DNA from: Pirellulales bacterium
GTDB taxonomy: Bacteria; Planctomycetota; Planctomycetia; Pirellulales; JAICIG01
Assembly (NCBI GenBank): GCA_040901675.1
Contig: JBBDYJ010000016.1
Span: 1-64,000 of the forward strand
Direction of reading: 5' to 3'
Length of the DNA: 64,000 bases
The translations under genes were made by a program, and so were the position numbers. The notes below the pieces were generated by a model. It saw only the letters and a list, made by a program, of their open reading frames with translations, was not told the DNA's origin and made no database searches. Below are positions 51,249-60,885 of the stretch, in pieces; the stretch's first letter is position 1; each line of letters begins with the position of its first letter.

Positions 51249-52382
51249 TTACCGTGCCAGGGCGAGCAGCACTTCGATGCCGCGCTCAATCGTCTGGTCG
51301 GAGGCGGCGTAGGAGATGCGGAAGTGCGTGTCTTGGCGGCTGAAGATGTTGCCGGGAATGATGAGCAGTTGGCGCTCGATGGCCCGAGCGACGAACTGGC
51401 TGCCGCTGCCCCGGGGAACCTGGGGAAAAACGTAAAAGGCGCCCCCGGGCGCAACCACGTCGTACGCGGCCCCCAGCGCCTGGAGCATCCGGTCGCGCTT
51501 CAGCCGATAGGCGTCGATGTGGTCTCCCATGTCGACGTCCATGGCCACTGCGCCGGCCCACTGGGCAGGCTGCGGCGCGCAAACGAACGTGTATTGCTGC
51601 AAGCGGGTCATCGCCTCGATGACCGCCGCGGGGCCGTGGGCGTAGCCCAACCGCCAGCCGGTCATGGCGTAGGTCTTGCTGAAACCATCGATCACCAGGG
51701 TCTGGTGGTTGAAACGGGCGGGCGAAACGAAGGGCCGATCGTAGCAGAACTCGCGATAGATCTCGTCGCTGAGCAGGACGATCCCGCGCTCGGAAGCGAG
51801 CTGGGCCAGGCCGCGGGTTTCCTCGTCGCCGGCTACCGCCCCAGTCGGATTGGCCGGGCTGTTGAACAGGATCAACCGCGTCCGCGGGGTGATCGCCGCG
51901 CGGACTCGATCGACGTCGATGCGAAAGTCAGGATAGGTGTCGACCAGCACCACCCGGCCGCCGGCCAGCGCGACCAGCGACGGGTACATCACGAAATAAG
52001 GGTCGAAGACGATCACCTCGTCGCCCGGGTTGACCAGCGCCAGCACGGCCAGCACCAGCCCTCCGCTGGTTCCACTGGTGACGAACACGCGGCGGTCGGC
52101 GTGGCCGTATTGGGCGTCGATCCGTTCTTGCAGCTTTTCGCGCAGCACGGGCATGCCCTGGGTCAGCGCGTAGCCGTTTTTGCCGGCCTCGATGGCTTCG
52201 ACGGCGGCTTGCCGGACCGGCGGCGGCACGTCGAAGTCGGGCTGGCCGATCGAGAGATTGATCGGGTCGGTCAATCGGCCGGCCAGGTCGAACACCTTGC
52301 GGATGCCCGAACTGTCGAAGCTGGCCATGCGCTGGGCAAGCCGCAACGGATCGTTGGGGGCGGGTGGCGGGTGGGTGCTCAA
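51249..52382 (-). CDS. PLP-dependent aminotransferase class I/II
   Basis: LSIGQPDF, NSPANPTG, SDEIY, GFSKTYAMTGWRLG; start uncertain (TTG 52382 or ATG 52328). Confidence 0.92.
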   Translation of the reverse strand: MSTHPPPAPNDPLRLAQRMASFDSSGIRKVFDLAGRLTDPINLSIGQPDFDVPPPVRQAAVEAIEAGKNGYALTQGMPVLREKLQERIDAQYGHADRRVFVTSGTSGGLVLAVLALVNPGDEVIVFDPYFVMYPSLVALAGGRVVLVDTYPDFRIDVDRVRAAITPRTRLILFNSPANPTGAVAGDEETRGLAQLASERGIVLLSDEIYREFCYDRPFVSPARFNHQTLVIDGFSKTYAMTGWRLGYAHGPAAVIEAMTRLQQYTFVCAPQPAQWAGAVAMDVDMGDHIDAYRLKRDRMLQALGAAYDVVAPGGAFYVFPQVPRGSGSQFVARAIERQLLIIPGNIFSRQDTHFRISYAASDQTIERGIEVLLALAR

Positions 52383-52664
52383 AATCGTGTGGTGGGTGCG
52401 GCGTGGTGAACTGCTTGCTTCATGGTAGCACGAGGCGGAGCGGATGGGCAGCGGTGGATCACGTGAGCGAGGGTTCGGGCACGAGCGGCCAGAACTCTGG
52501 TGAGCTCGCACGGCGGCCGTTGGGGAGGCACTGCTTAAGCGGACCCCGGCACGCCGGGATCCTCCAAGCAGTGGCACGCGGCCAGAACTCTGGCGAGTCC
52601 TGCTACGAGAGAGTTCTGCTACCAGAGAGTTCTGCTGCGGACCGCGTTCAACTATGATGCGGCC

Positions 52665-53483
52665 ATGAGCGGCCCCAGCGACGCGGAGCATCCGAGCACG
52701 AGCGGCATCATCACGCTGTTGACCGACTTCGGCCTGCACGGCTCCTACGTGGCCGCGATGAAGGGGGTGATTCTGTCGATCAATCCGCGGGCCGTGCTGG
52801 TCGACGTGACGCACGCCATCCGCGGGCAGGATATTCGGCACGGGGCCTGGATCTTGGAGGAAGCCTCGCCCTGGTTTCCATCCGGAACAATCCACGTGGC
52901 CGTCGTGGATCCGGAAGTCGGCGGCCGGCGGAAGCTGATCTATGCCCGGATTGGCCGACAGCACTACCTTGCGCCGGACAACGGGCTGCTGGGACGCTTG
53001 GCCCTGGCCAATCGACCCTCTAAAATCATCTCGCTGGAAGACCCGCAGTACTGGCTGCCCAAAGTCTCGGCGACGTTTCACGGCCGCGACATCCTGGCAG
53101 CGGTGGCGGCCCGGCTGAGCCTGGGCACGGAGCCGGATTGCCTGGGTCCGCGGCAAGACGAGTTGGTACAACTGGCCTGGCCGGAGGTAAGGATTTTGCC
53201 GGGAGAAATCGAAGGTTCGGTGCGGTCGATCGACTCGTTCGGCAACCTGGTCACCGACATCAGCGAGCAGATGCTACGGGACGTTCCCCGCGGCGAGTCG
53301 GTACGGATCACGTGCGACGAGCATGAGACGTTGGGCATTTTTCGGACCTACGGCGACCAGCCCGAAATGACGCTGATGGCGCTGGTCGGCTCGGGCGGGT
53401 ATCTGGAGCTGGCGATCGTGGGCGACAGCGCCGCGGGAATGCTGGGCGTGGGGCCGGGCGCGGCCGTGCGCGTGACCTGGTGA
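52665..53483 (+). CDS. SAM hydroxide adenosyltransferase / halogenase family (DUF62)
   Basis: ITLLTDFG, VAVVDPEVG, APDNG, TFHGRD, IDSFGN. Confidence 0.9.
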   Translation: MSGPSDAEHPSTSGIITLLTDFGLHGSYVAAMKGVILSINPRAVLVDVTHAIRGQDIRHGAWILEEASPWFPSGTIHVAVVDPEVGGRRKLIYARIGRQHYLAPDNGLLGRLALANRPSKIISLEDPQYWLPKVSATFHGRDILAAVAARLSLGTEPDCLGPRQDELVQLAWPEVRILPGEIEGSVRSIDSFGNLVTDISEQMLRDVPRGESVRITCDEHETLGIFRTYGDQPEMTLMALVGSGGYLELAIVGDSAAGMLGVGPGAAVRVTW

Positions 53484-53506
53484 GGGATCCGGCCGGCGGC
53501 GGCAGC

Positions 53507-54880
53507 ATGACCGAACCGACTCGCGAACAATTGCGGCTCTGGGACCGCGAGCTGGTGTGGCACGCCTTCACGCAGATGGCCGAGTACGAGCCGCTGCTGA
53601 TTGAACAGGGCCGCGGCGCCACGTTGACCGACATCGACGGCCGCGAGTATCTCGACGGCACCAGCAGCCTGTGGTGCAACATCCACGGCCACCGGCACCC
53701 GCGGATCGACGCCGCCATCCGGGAGCAACTCGAGCGGGTGGCGCACACCACTTCGCTGGGCGCTTCGAACTCGACCAGCGTCAAGCTGGCCCGGCGGCTG
53801 GTCGACCTTGCGCCCGCGGGGCTGCAGCATGTTTTCTTCTCCGACGACGGGGCCACCGCGGTCGAGGTGGCGCTGAAGATGGCGCTGCAGTATTGGCGGC
53901 AGCGCGAAGAGCCGCGGCCGGAAAAAACGCTCTACGTGGCCCTGGGCGAGGCCTACCACGGCGATACGCTGGGCAGCGTCAGCGTGGGCGGGGTCGAACG
54001 GTTTCATGCCATGTTCTCGCCGCTGCTGTTTGAAGTCTTGCGGACGCCGCCGCCGAACCCGTATCGGCCGCCCGCGGGCGTCGAACCAGGTGATTTACTC
54101 GCCCACTCGCTGGCCGAGCTCGACAGGCTGTTGGCGGCCCATCACGAGCGGATCGCCGCCTTGGTCATCGAACCGCTGGTGCAGGCGGCGGCCGGGATGA
54201 TCATGCACCCGCCCGGGTATCTGCGGGGAGTCCGCGAGCTGACGCGGCGGCACGGCGTGCTGTTGATCGCCGACGAAGTGGCGGTGGGCTTCGGCCGGAC
54301 GGGGCGGATGTTCGCCTGCCAGCACGAGGACGTATCGCCCGATTTTCTCTGCCTGGCGAAGGGGTTGACGGCGGGCTACCTGCCGATGGCCGCCACGCTG
54401 ACCACGGGGGAAATCTGGCGGGCCTTCTTGGGGCGGTACGAGGACTCGAAGCAGTTCTTTCACGGCCACACCTATGGGGGCAACCCGCTGGGCGCGGCCG
54501 CAGCGCTGGCGTCGCTCGAGGTGTTCGAGGAGGAGCGGGTACTCGAGCGTCTGCCGGCCAAGATCGCCCGTCTTAAGGAGCATCTCGGCCGGCTGGCCAA
54601 CCTGCAGCACGTGGGAGACGCGCGGCAACGGGGGCTGATAGCTGGCATCGAGTTGGTGGCCGACCGCAACACCAGGCAGCCGTTTCCGTGGGGTCAGCAG
54701 CGGGGGATGCGCGCCTGCCTCTGCGCGCGGGAGCTGGGCGTTCTGCTGCGTCCGCTGGGCAACGTGCTGGTGATCATGCCCCCCCTATCGGTCACGCTGG
54801 AGGAACTCGACCGGGTCATGGACGCCGCCCGCGAGGGGATCCTGGCCGCCACGCTCGACACCCCAGCAGCGGGCCGCTAG
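53507..54880 (+). CDS. bioA: Adenosylmethionine-8-amino-7-oxononanoate aminotransferase
   Basis: WHAFTQM, SSLWCNIHGH, EVALKMA, YHGDT, DEVAVGFGRTG, HGHTYGGNP. Confidence 0.93.
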   Translation: MTEPTREQLRLWDRELVWHAFTQMAEYEPLLIEQGRGATLTDIDGREYLDGTSSLWCNIHGHRHPRIDAAIREQLERVAHTTSLGASNSTSVKLARRLVDLAPAGLQHVFFSDDGATAVEVALKMALQYWRQREEPRPEKTLYVALGEAYHGDTLGSVSVGGVERFHAMFSPLLFEVLRTPPPNPYRPPAGVEPGDLLAHSLAELDRLLAAHHERIAALVIEPLVQAAAGMIMHPPGYLRGVRELTRRHGVLLIADEVAVGFGRTGRMFACQHEDVSPDFLCLAKGLTAGYLPMAATLTTGEIWRAFLGRYEDSKQFFHGHTYGGNPLGAAAALASLEVFEEERVLERLPAKIARLKEHLGRLANLQHVGDARQRGLIAGIELVADRNTRQPFPWGQQRGMRACLCARELGVLLRPLGNVLVIMPPLSVTLEELDRVMDAAREGILAATLDTPAAGR

Positions 54881-54958
54881 AATCGGCGAGTGGGCACATT
54901 TCCCGGCGGTCGCCCGACCGCGGCGCGAGTGAGGACAACCGGCATCGGAGGCTGGAAC

Positions 54959-55681
54959 ATGTGGCGACGGATGCGAGTGGTTATCCTGGGCGATTCTGTC
55001 ACTGCCGGTTTTGGTCTGGGCGCGGGCCAAGCCGAGTTGGCCTACCCGCGGCTGCTGGCCGAGAAGCTGCAACAGGCGCGTCTGGCGGTGGATGTCGTGG
55101 TCAGCGCGCTGGACGGGATCGACACGGCCTATGCGCTGCGGCGCTTCGGGCGGCTCGTTGCCCAATACCGGCCTCACTGGGTCGTGATGATGCTGGGACT
55201 GAACGACGCTCGTCCAGCGGGCGGCAAGCCGGCCGCGGGCGCCCGGACGTTTGGCGACAACGTGGAGGCGCTGGTCGAACGCATCGAAGCCATCGACTCG
55301 CGGGCGGTGCTGGTTTCGCCCAATCCCCGGCAATCGCCCGCCGCCGGGGCCGAGCATGCAGGGGGCGACCTGATGCAGAGCTACGTCGGCGCGTTGGGGC
55401 AGGTGGCCAGCGACCGCCGGCTGCCCTGGATCGACCTGCACCGGCAGTTCCTGGCCGAGCGGAACCTGGAAGAGTTGATCCCCGACGGAGTGCACCCCTC
55501 CGTGGCCGGTCACCGGCTGATCGCCGAAGTGCTGGCCGAGGAATTGATCTGGTTGCTGGCCCAAGAACCGAGCGCGACCGGGGAACCCGCGGCTGCCAGG
55601 CACGCCGAATCCGCACATGCGGGAGCGGGCAGGGCCGCTACTGGGCAGCCGAATGGCTCCCCTGGGGCGAACCGGCGATGA
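54959..55681 (+). CDS. SGNH/GDSL hydrolase
   Basis: GDSVTAG, LGLND, DGVHP. Confidence 0.85.
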   Translation: MWRRMRVVILGDSVTAGFGLGAGQAELAYPRLLAEKLQQARLAVDVVVSALDGIDTAYALRRFGRLVAQYRPHWVVMMLGLNDARPAGGKPAAGARTFGDNVEALVERIEAIDSRAVLVSPNPRQSPAAGAEHAGGDLMQSYVGALGQVASDRRLPWIDLHRQFLAERNLEELIPDGVHPSVAGHRLIAEVLAEELIWLLAQEPSATGEPAAARHAESAHAGAGRAATGQPNGSPGANRR

Positions 55682-56639
55682 ATTGGCCCTGGGGCAAGGG
55701 CCGCCCGGCCACGGCAAAGCCGCGGCCGTAGAGGTCTTCCTTGAGCGCGCGGTAGGCGGCAAAACTGTCTGGATAGGTCCAGAGCGTCACGGTCGTGCGC
55801 CGCGGATCGAGCGCGGCCAGCGCGGTCCGGAATTCGGAGCGGGGGGCCAGCGCCTCGGCCAGCGGCTCGCCCAATTGGCTGGAGACCGGAATCAACGCCA
55901 CCTCGCGGACCTGGACCAGGCTGCCATGCCCGGTCTGCAACTGGGTTTCAAGAGGCAGGTCGAGACGCTCCAGCGAAAAGCGAAGCCGGAAGCCCTGGAC
56001 CGGTCCAATCGTCTCGGTCAGCTCCGGAAGATCGGCGAGCTTCCGCGCACTGTGCTGCAACTGGCGTTTGCAGAGCGCAACCAGCTCTTCGAACGGCACT
56101 CGCGCCACGAGGCCGCCACGAACCTGAAAATGGGCCTCGTTGCCCAGCACGACCTGGCTGATGGGGGTGGGATAGCTCTTGACCTGGACCACGGTGCTGC
56201 CCTTGCCGGCGCGGGCCCGGGCCAGCTCGTCGAGCGCCTGGTTCAGTTCCGACTTGGCCGCATCGAGCGTGCGCGTTGCACCCAAGGCCGCTCGTGACTG
56301 CTCATCGAGCCGGCGGCTGCTCTCCTCCAGCGACCGCTCTTGCTCGGTTACCAGGAATGCCAGCGTCTCGCCCTGGCGGAGCCGGGCGCCGGCAGCCTGC
56401 TCCAGCTCGTTCAGTTGCTGCTGGAGATCGAGCACCTGGCGGCCGAGTAGGTCGGCCTCCCGCTGGAGTCCCAACTCCGCGGCAGCCGGCGCCGCCGCGA
56501 CGGCCGGCTGGCCTGCGTGCCTGGCGCGGATGCCGACGACCATCACCAGGATGATCAGAATCCCGACGATATTGGTCACGACGTCGAGGAACGAGTCGCT
56601 TCCTACGCCATGATCGTCGGATTGTGGTCGGCCTTTCAT
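55638..56639 (-). CDS. ExbD-like anchored coiled-coil protein (Asp in TM)
   Basis: N-terminal DSFLDVVTNIVGILIILVMV, coiled coil, globular C-terminus. Confidence 0.7.
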   Translation of the reverse strand: MKGRPQSDDHGVGSDSFLDVVTNIVGILIILVMVVGIRARHAGQPAVAAAPAAAELGLQREADLLGRQVLDLQQQLNELEQAAGARLRQGETLAFLVTEQERSLEESSRRLDEQSRAALGATRTLDAAKSELNQALDELARARAGKGSTVVQVKSYPTPISQVVLGNEAHFQVRGGLVARVPFEELVALCKRQLQHSARKLADLPELTETIGPVQGFRLRFSLERLDLPLETQLQTGHGSLVQVREVALIPVSSQLGEPLAEALAPRSEFRTALAALDPRRTTVTLWTYPDSFAAYRALKEDLYGRGFAVAGRPLPQGQFIAGSPQGSHSAAQ

Positions 56640-56662
56640 GCGTTTGGCGGCGCCCGGAGGGC

Positions 56663-58429
56663 TCAGTCAGGAGTTTTGGTGCGCGGATATTGGATCGCTG
56701 CCGCGCGAGCCGCAGCGGCACGCACGTCGAGCCCGCTTTCGGCCAACAGTGCCTTGAGATCTTCGAAGCGCTGTTCGCCTCCCGGTGCGACCTGCACCGA
56801 GAGAATCGGGCGCCAGTACATCTGGCGGCCCGCGATCCCCCAGGAATCGATCCGCTGCCAGATGGCGGAGACGAAATCGTCGAGCGAGTCTTCCGTCCGC
56901 TCGGCCAGGGGCACAAACGTGGCCTCGCGGGTCGACTTTTTGTCGTCCAATAGAATCAACCGGTCAGGCTCGCAAACGATCGTAATCGGACGGGTGACTG
57001 GAACAGAATCGGCCGCGACGTTGGGCAGCGCCCAATTGCCGCGGCGGCTGCGGGCAAGGCTCTCGCCACCCGGATCGTTGGTGCCGGCGCTCACATTGCC
57101 TGCACGGCTCGTGCCCGCGCCGGCGGTGCCGGAAGGCGGCCTGGCGGCGCCGGAAGTTTCGCCTCTGCCGAAGCCGGCCTGGGGACCGTCAGGACCGGGA
57201 GTGCCGGGCGTTTCGCCCTCCGGCATGAGCGGTCCGCGTTGAACTGATCCACCGTTTGCGGACCGCGCGCCGCCAACGTCGATCGCTCGACCGCCAACGT
57301 GCCCCGTGACGGGCGACTCATGACCCTCGAACCGTCCGGCTGAAGGCCTACGAGCGGCGCCCGCCCCCGAGCCCAGTGTGTCGCCCGCGTGGCCACCGAT
57401 TCCGCTGCCCGGCGAAGCGAGCCCGTGGGTGCCTCGTTCGCCTCGGCCGCCCGCACCGGCCCAGCCCTCGTCCGCGATCGATCCCCCGCGCGGCGGTATG
57501 TGACGGAAATTGGGCGCATCGTACGAACGCCACTCCCGCGGTGCTGAGCGAGCCAACATGCGCTGGCGGCGGCGGGCGACCTCCACCGCCTCCTGGATCC
57601 GGCTTGCCATGGCCGCGTCGGCGGCTGGAAACTCCAGCGGCCAGTCGGCGTCGATCAGCTCATAGCCGAAATTGTCGCCCCACGAGCGCATGGCGGCCCG
57701 CGCGGCCGCATAGGCCAGGATGCCGTCGGGCCGCACCAACAGCAACGGGTAGGGGTCGCCGGCGGGCATCGAAGTCTCGCGGCTGCCGGCCAGGTAGTCG
57801 CTGGCCGCGCGGAGACCGGCCGCCAGGGGGTTGGCCGGTCCGAGCGGTCCGCGGAAGTCGTCTTCGGTGAGCACGATGCCTTCGGGTTGAAGAACCACCG
57901 AGTCGGCGCGGCACTCGATGTAAAGGGGCCGGCGGCGGGTGCCCCGCTTGCCGTCGTAGGGAATGATCGCGAACGAATTGGATTGGTTGCCGGCCGCTTC
58001 CACCGCCTCGGCGAGCTGCCGCCGCGCCTCGTCGGCCCGCGCGCGGACCTCGGCCAACTCGGCCACCAGCGCCTGCCGCTCGCCCGCGGCCGAGGCGGTC
58101 CGCTCGAGCTGCGCCGCGGCGCTTTCCAGCTCTGCGAGCCTGGCCCGCAAGCGTCGATCCTGATCCTCCAGGCGGCTGAGCTGCGCTCGTTGGCCGGCCA
58201 ACTGCCGCAATGTATTGTCGCGCGCTGTACGCAGCCCGTCCACGCGCGATGCAAGCTGGGCGCTCGGCGGCGGGCGGTCTTGGTCTACGGCCGCTGCCGC
58301 CTGCAGACGCGACTGGCGGGCAATCACCACCAGGACCACGATCAAGGCCCCCATGGTGCACAAGAGCACCGCCAGAAAGGGGAACAGGGAGACGCCGGCG
58401 GTCGGTTTCGCCGTTCGCAGGCGTCTCAT
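56663..58429 (-). CDS. ExbD-like anchored coiled-coil protein (no TM Asp) with Gly-rich linker
   Basis: MRR..VSLFPFLAVLLCTMGALIVVLV, coiled coil, YPLLLVRPDG module, Gly-rich region. Confidence 0.7.
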   Translation of the reverse strand: MRRLRTAKPTAGVSLFPFLAVLLCTMGALIVVLVVIARQSRLQAAAAVDQDRPPPSAQLASRVDGLRTARDNTLRQLAGQRAQLSRLEDQDRRLRARLAELESAAAQLERTASAAGERQALVAELAEVRARADEARRQLAEAVEAAGNQSNSFAIIPYDGKRGTRRRPLYIECRADSVVLQPEGIVLTEDDFRGPLGPANPLAAGLRAASDYLAGSRETSMPAGDPYPLLLVRPDGILAYAAARAAMRSWGDNFGYELIDADWPLEFPAADAAMASRIQEAVEVARRRQRMLARSAPREWRSYDAPNFRHIPPRGGSIADEGWAGAGGRGERGTHGLASPGSGIGGHAGDTLGSGAGAARRPSAGRFEGHESPVTGHVGGRAIDVGGARSANGGSVQRGPLMPEGETPGTPGPDGPQAGFGRGETSGAARPPSGTAGAGTSRAGNVSAGTNDPGGESLARSRRGNWALPNVAADSVPVTRPITIVCEPDRLILLDDKKSTREATFVPLAERTEDSLDDFVSAIWQRIDSWGIAGRQMYWRPILSVQVAPGGEQRFEDLKALLAESGLDVRAAAARAAAIQYPRTKTPD

Positions 58430-59730
58430 GCGGCCTTGCCCACGCTGGTGTGTTCGCCGAGCTCGACCTGCGTCAGGGCCGCGACCTGGCCCAGCCTGGC
58501 ATTGAGCAGGTGGATGGCCCCGGCGAGGCTGAGCAGCGTCTCCTCGAAGTGCTGCGCCCCGGCCAGCGCGGCCAGGTTGCCATTCAAGGCCTGCTCCAGG
58601 CGAGTGACCTGCCCCGTGGCTTCGACGACCCGCAGCAGGACGTCGGCCTGCCGCGCCAACTCGGCCTGCTGGCTCTGGGCGGCACGGCTGCTCTCGGCCA
58701 GTGCTTGTTGCACCTGGGCCCAGTGCACACGGTTTTTCTCAGCCGATGTGTGCTCCGCCGCGGCCAGCTTTTCAGCGTGATGCTCGATCGCCTGGGCAAG
58801 GGCCTCGCCCAGAGCTGTCTGAAGCTGGCCACCCAGGCGGGAAACCAGTTGGGTGTAACGTGCTTCCGATGCTTCGATGCTGCCGCGCCATACTTCGGCC
58901 TGGCGTTGAGCGAGCCGTTCTGCCGATTTGATGACTTCGTCGGCCATGCGCCGCACGGCGGCCAGTTGCGGATCGGAGCCGAACTGGTCGAAGCGTCCGG
59001 CAAGCTCGGCGACGGCCAGCAGATCGACCTCGGCCAGCAGGCGGCTTTCCATGCGGTCTACAAAGAACTGCACGAACATCAGCACCATCGACAAACCCAG
59101 CGCCAGCGCGGTCGTGTCGAAGGCCACGCCTAATCCGCCGGTGACCGTGGGGAGCGAGTCTTCGAGCGCTTGCGGGTTCAGGCTGGCGATGGCCATGGTG
59201 ATGCCGATCACCGTGCCCAGGAAGCCGAGGATCGGAATGGCCCAGATGATGATCCGCAGCAGACCGAAGCCGGCATGGGAGCGGGCGGCGTCCGACTCCG
59301 AGAGGTACTTCAGCTCATCGCCGAGCTTGTCGGCCGAGCCGGCGAAGCGGACGTTCTCCAGAGCGTCGCGGAGGCGTCCGGCCAGATAACCGGTCCGGCG
59401 ATGGGCGGGAAGCTCCGCCAGGTGGGTCAGCAGTTGCTCCGCCTGCCGCGCCGGCGGCCCCGCGGCGGCCGGGCGCGGCAACAGAGGGCGCTCGAGGTCG
59501 GCGCTTTGCGCCATCACGTCCATGGTTTTGAGGATCAATGCCGACAGGCCCACGAAGAACATGGCTGTTTCGACGTATTGGACCCAGTGACCTGCAAAGT
59601 ATCGCAAGGCGAAATCGTCTTGCCAGACACCCATATGGATCAAGGCATAAAAGGCCAGCGAGGCCGAGATGCCCCACAACAGGCTGGAGCGCATGATCGC
59701 CATGGGGATGTGGTTGGCTTTGTTGGTCAC
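58426..59730 (-). CDS. MotA/TolQ/ExbB proton-channel protein with long C-terminal coiled coil
   Basis: IPILGFLGTVIGI...GLGVAFDTTALAL; ATGA overlap with the next gene. Confidence 0.88.
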   Translation of the reverse strand: MTNKANHIPMAIMRSSLLWGISASLAFYALIHMGVWQDDFALRYFAGHWVQYVETAMFFVGLSALILKTMDVMAQSADLERPLLPRPAAAGPPARQAEQLLTHLAELPAHRRTGYLAGRLRDALENVRFAGSADKLGDELKYLSESDAARSHAGFGLLRIIIWAIPILGFLGTVIGITMAIASLNPQALEDSLPTVTGGLGVAFDTTALALGLSMVLMFVQFFVDRMESRLLAEVDLLAVAELAGRFDQFGSDPQLAAVRRMADEVIKSAERLAQRQAEVWRGSIEASEARYTQLVSRLGGQLQTALGEALAQAIEHHAEKLAAAEHTSAEKNRVHWAQVQQALAESSRAAQSQQAELARQADVLLRVVEATGQVTRLEQALNGNLAALAGAQHFEETLLSLAGAIHLLNARLGQVAALTQVELGEHTSVGKAA

Positions 59731-60044
59731 GGTCGTTCCTCTTAGCCCGGTTCCTTTTTAGCGCGATTTCTTTTTAGCGCGGTTTCTTTTAGCGACGGGA
59801 GCCGGCGGCGGCAAGCGCACCGTCGCCGGCGTGCGGTGCAAGCATGGGCGCGCGGCGACGCCGGACGTGCTGCGTGCCCCTACAATCGGCCCAATCGCCT
59901 CATTTGATGACAGAAAAGCGGCGGAATCGCCAGACTTCGTCCAGACGCTTCGCCGGGAGCAATCCGCGGAGTCTCGTCAAAGTGCCCGGCTCGACTCTGC
60001 CGATAGCAGCCTATGTCGCCGGATCGAGTGCCCTTAGGCAAACA

Positions 60045-60264
60045 CCGTCCGGGGAAGGGGGGCTCCTTCCTGGAACGGCACGCCGGGCGCGAACGCTAGT
60101 TGCGCGGCCGGTTGAGTCGTTCGGCGGCGAGATTGGATCTGCCTGAACCGCCCAGGCTGCCAGGCTTCGTACGGCGGCCGCTGCGAGCTACGGCGCGCGG
60201 CGGCCGTATCCCAGGAGGGGAACAGTCCGGTCCGGCCTTCCGAGGCCCCCGGACTGTTTTCTTT
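60045..60264 (+). ncRNA. Candidate multi-hairpin small RNA ending in an intrinsic terminator
   Basis: At least five consecutive stem-loops; the last (AACAGTCCGG 60221-60230 / CCGGACTGTT 60249-60258) is followed by TTCTTT; no credible plus-strand ORF upstream. Confidence 0.3.
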
Positions 60265-60366
60265 GGTAGAACGGAATTTATTCCGTTTCTTCTCTCTTGC
60301 TGCTCCTTGCTCCTGGGAGCGGGAATGAATTTCCGGCGGCGGACAAACGGAATGAATTCCGTTCTA

Positions 60367-60768
60367 CTACGGAGCGTAGGTCGCGAAGCAGTTGGGCGTC
60401 TCCCACAAGCGCGCTTCGACGATCGGAAAACCCTGGCCGGCCGTGAAGTCGAAGATCAGCCGGGCAATGTTCTCGGCCGTAGGGTTCTGGTCCATGATGA
60501 ACATCGGCTCGCCCATCTCGCGCAACAGCGGCACCACCGGGTCGTCGCGGTGCAAGAGCATCCGGTGATCGAGGTTCTCGTCGATCCAGTTGCTCACCAC
60601 CCGCTTGATGTCCGAAAAATCAAGCACCATGCCCCGGTCGTCGAGCTTGGCGGCCTCGATGGCGATCACCGCCCGGCCATTGTGGCCGTGCAGGTACTTG
60701 CACTTTCCCGCGTAGTTTAACAGCCGGTGGCCGTAGCAAAAGTCGATTTCGCGAGTCACTCGGAACAT
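60367..60768 (-). CDS. queD: 6-carboxytetrahydropterin synthase
   Basis: GHRL...CKYLHGHN, GMVLDF, LDH, NPTAEN, LWET. Confidence 0.92.
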   Translation of the reverse strand: MFRVTREIDFCYGHRLLNYAGKCKYLHGHNGRAVIAIEAAKLDDRGMVLDFSDIKRVVSNWIDENLDHRMLLHRDDPVVPLLREMGEPMFIMDQNPTAENIARLIFDFTAGQGFPIVEARLWETPNCFATYAP

Positions 60769-60885
60769 GATTGTCATTGTAGCTTGTGGTCCGGCCCCGT
60801 AAGAGCGGTTACACTCGACCGTAGAACGGAATTTATTCCGTTTACCATGATCCGGCGGTCCTCACGAAAGGACGGAGGCAGCAGC

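Noticed and set aside
51249..53171. 640-aa aminotransferase with long N-terminal extension
   Set aside because: The extension overlaps the DUF62 gene and REP-like repeats; recognisable aminotransferase sequence starts near 52.33-52.38 kb.
55638..59730. Zorya anti-phage system
   Set aside because: No OmpA-type ZorB domain and no ZorC/D/E helicase or nuclease adjacent; composition looks like core genome.
60036..60085. c-di-GMP-I riboswitch or group II intron end
   Set aside because: Only fragments (GGCAAAC, GAACCGCC) resemble the consensus; the GAAA loop/receptor and domain V geometry are missing.
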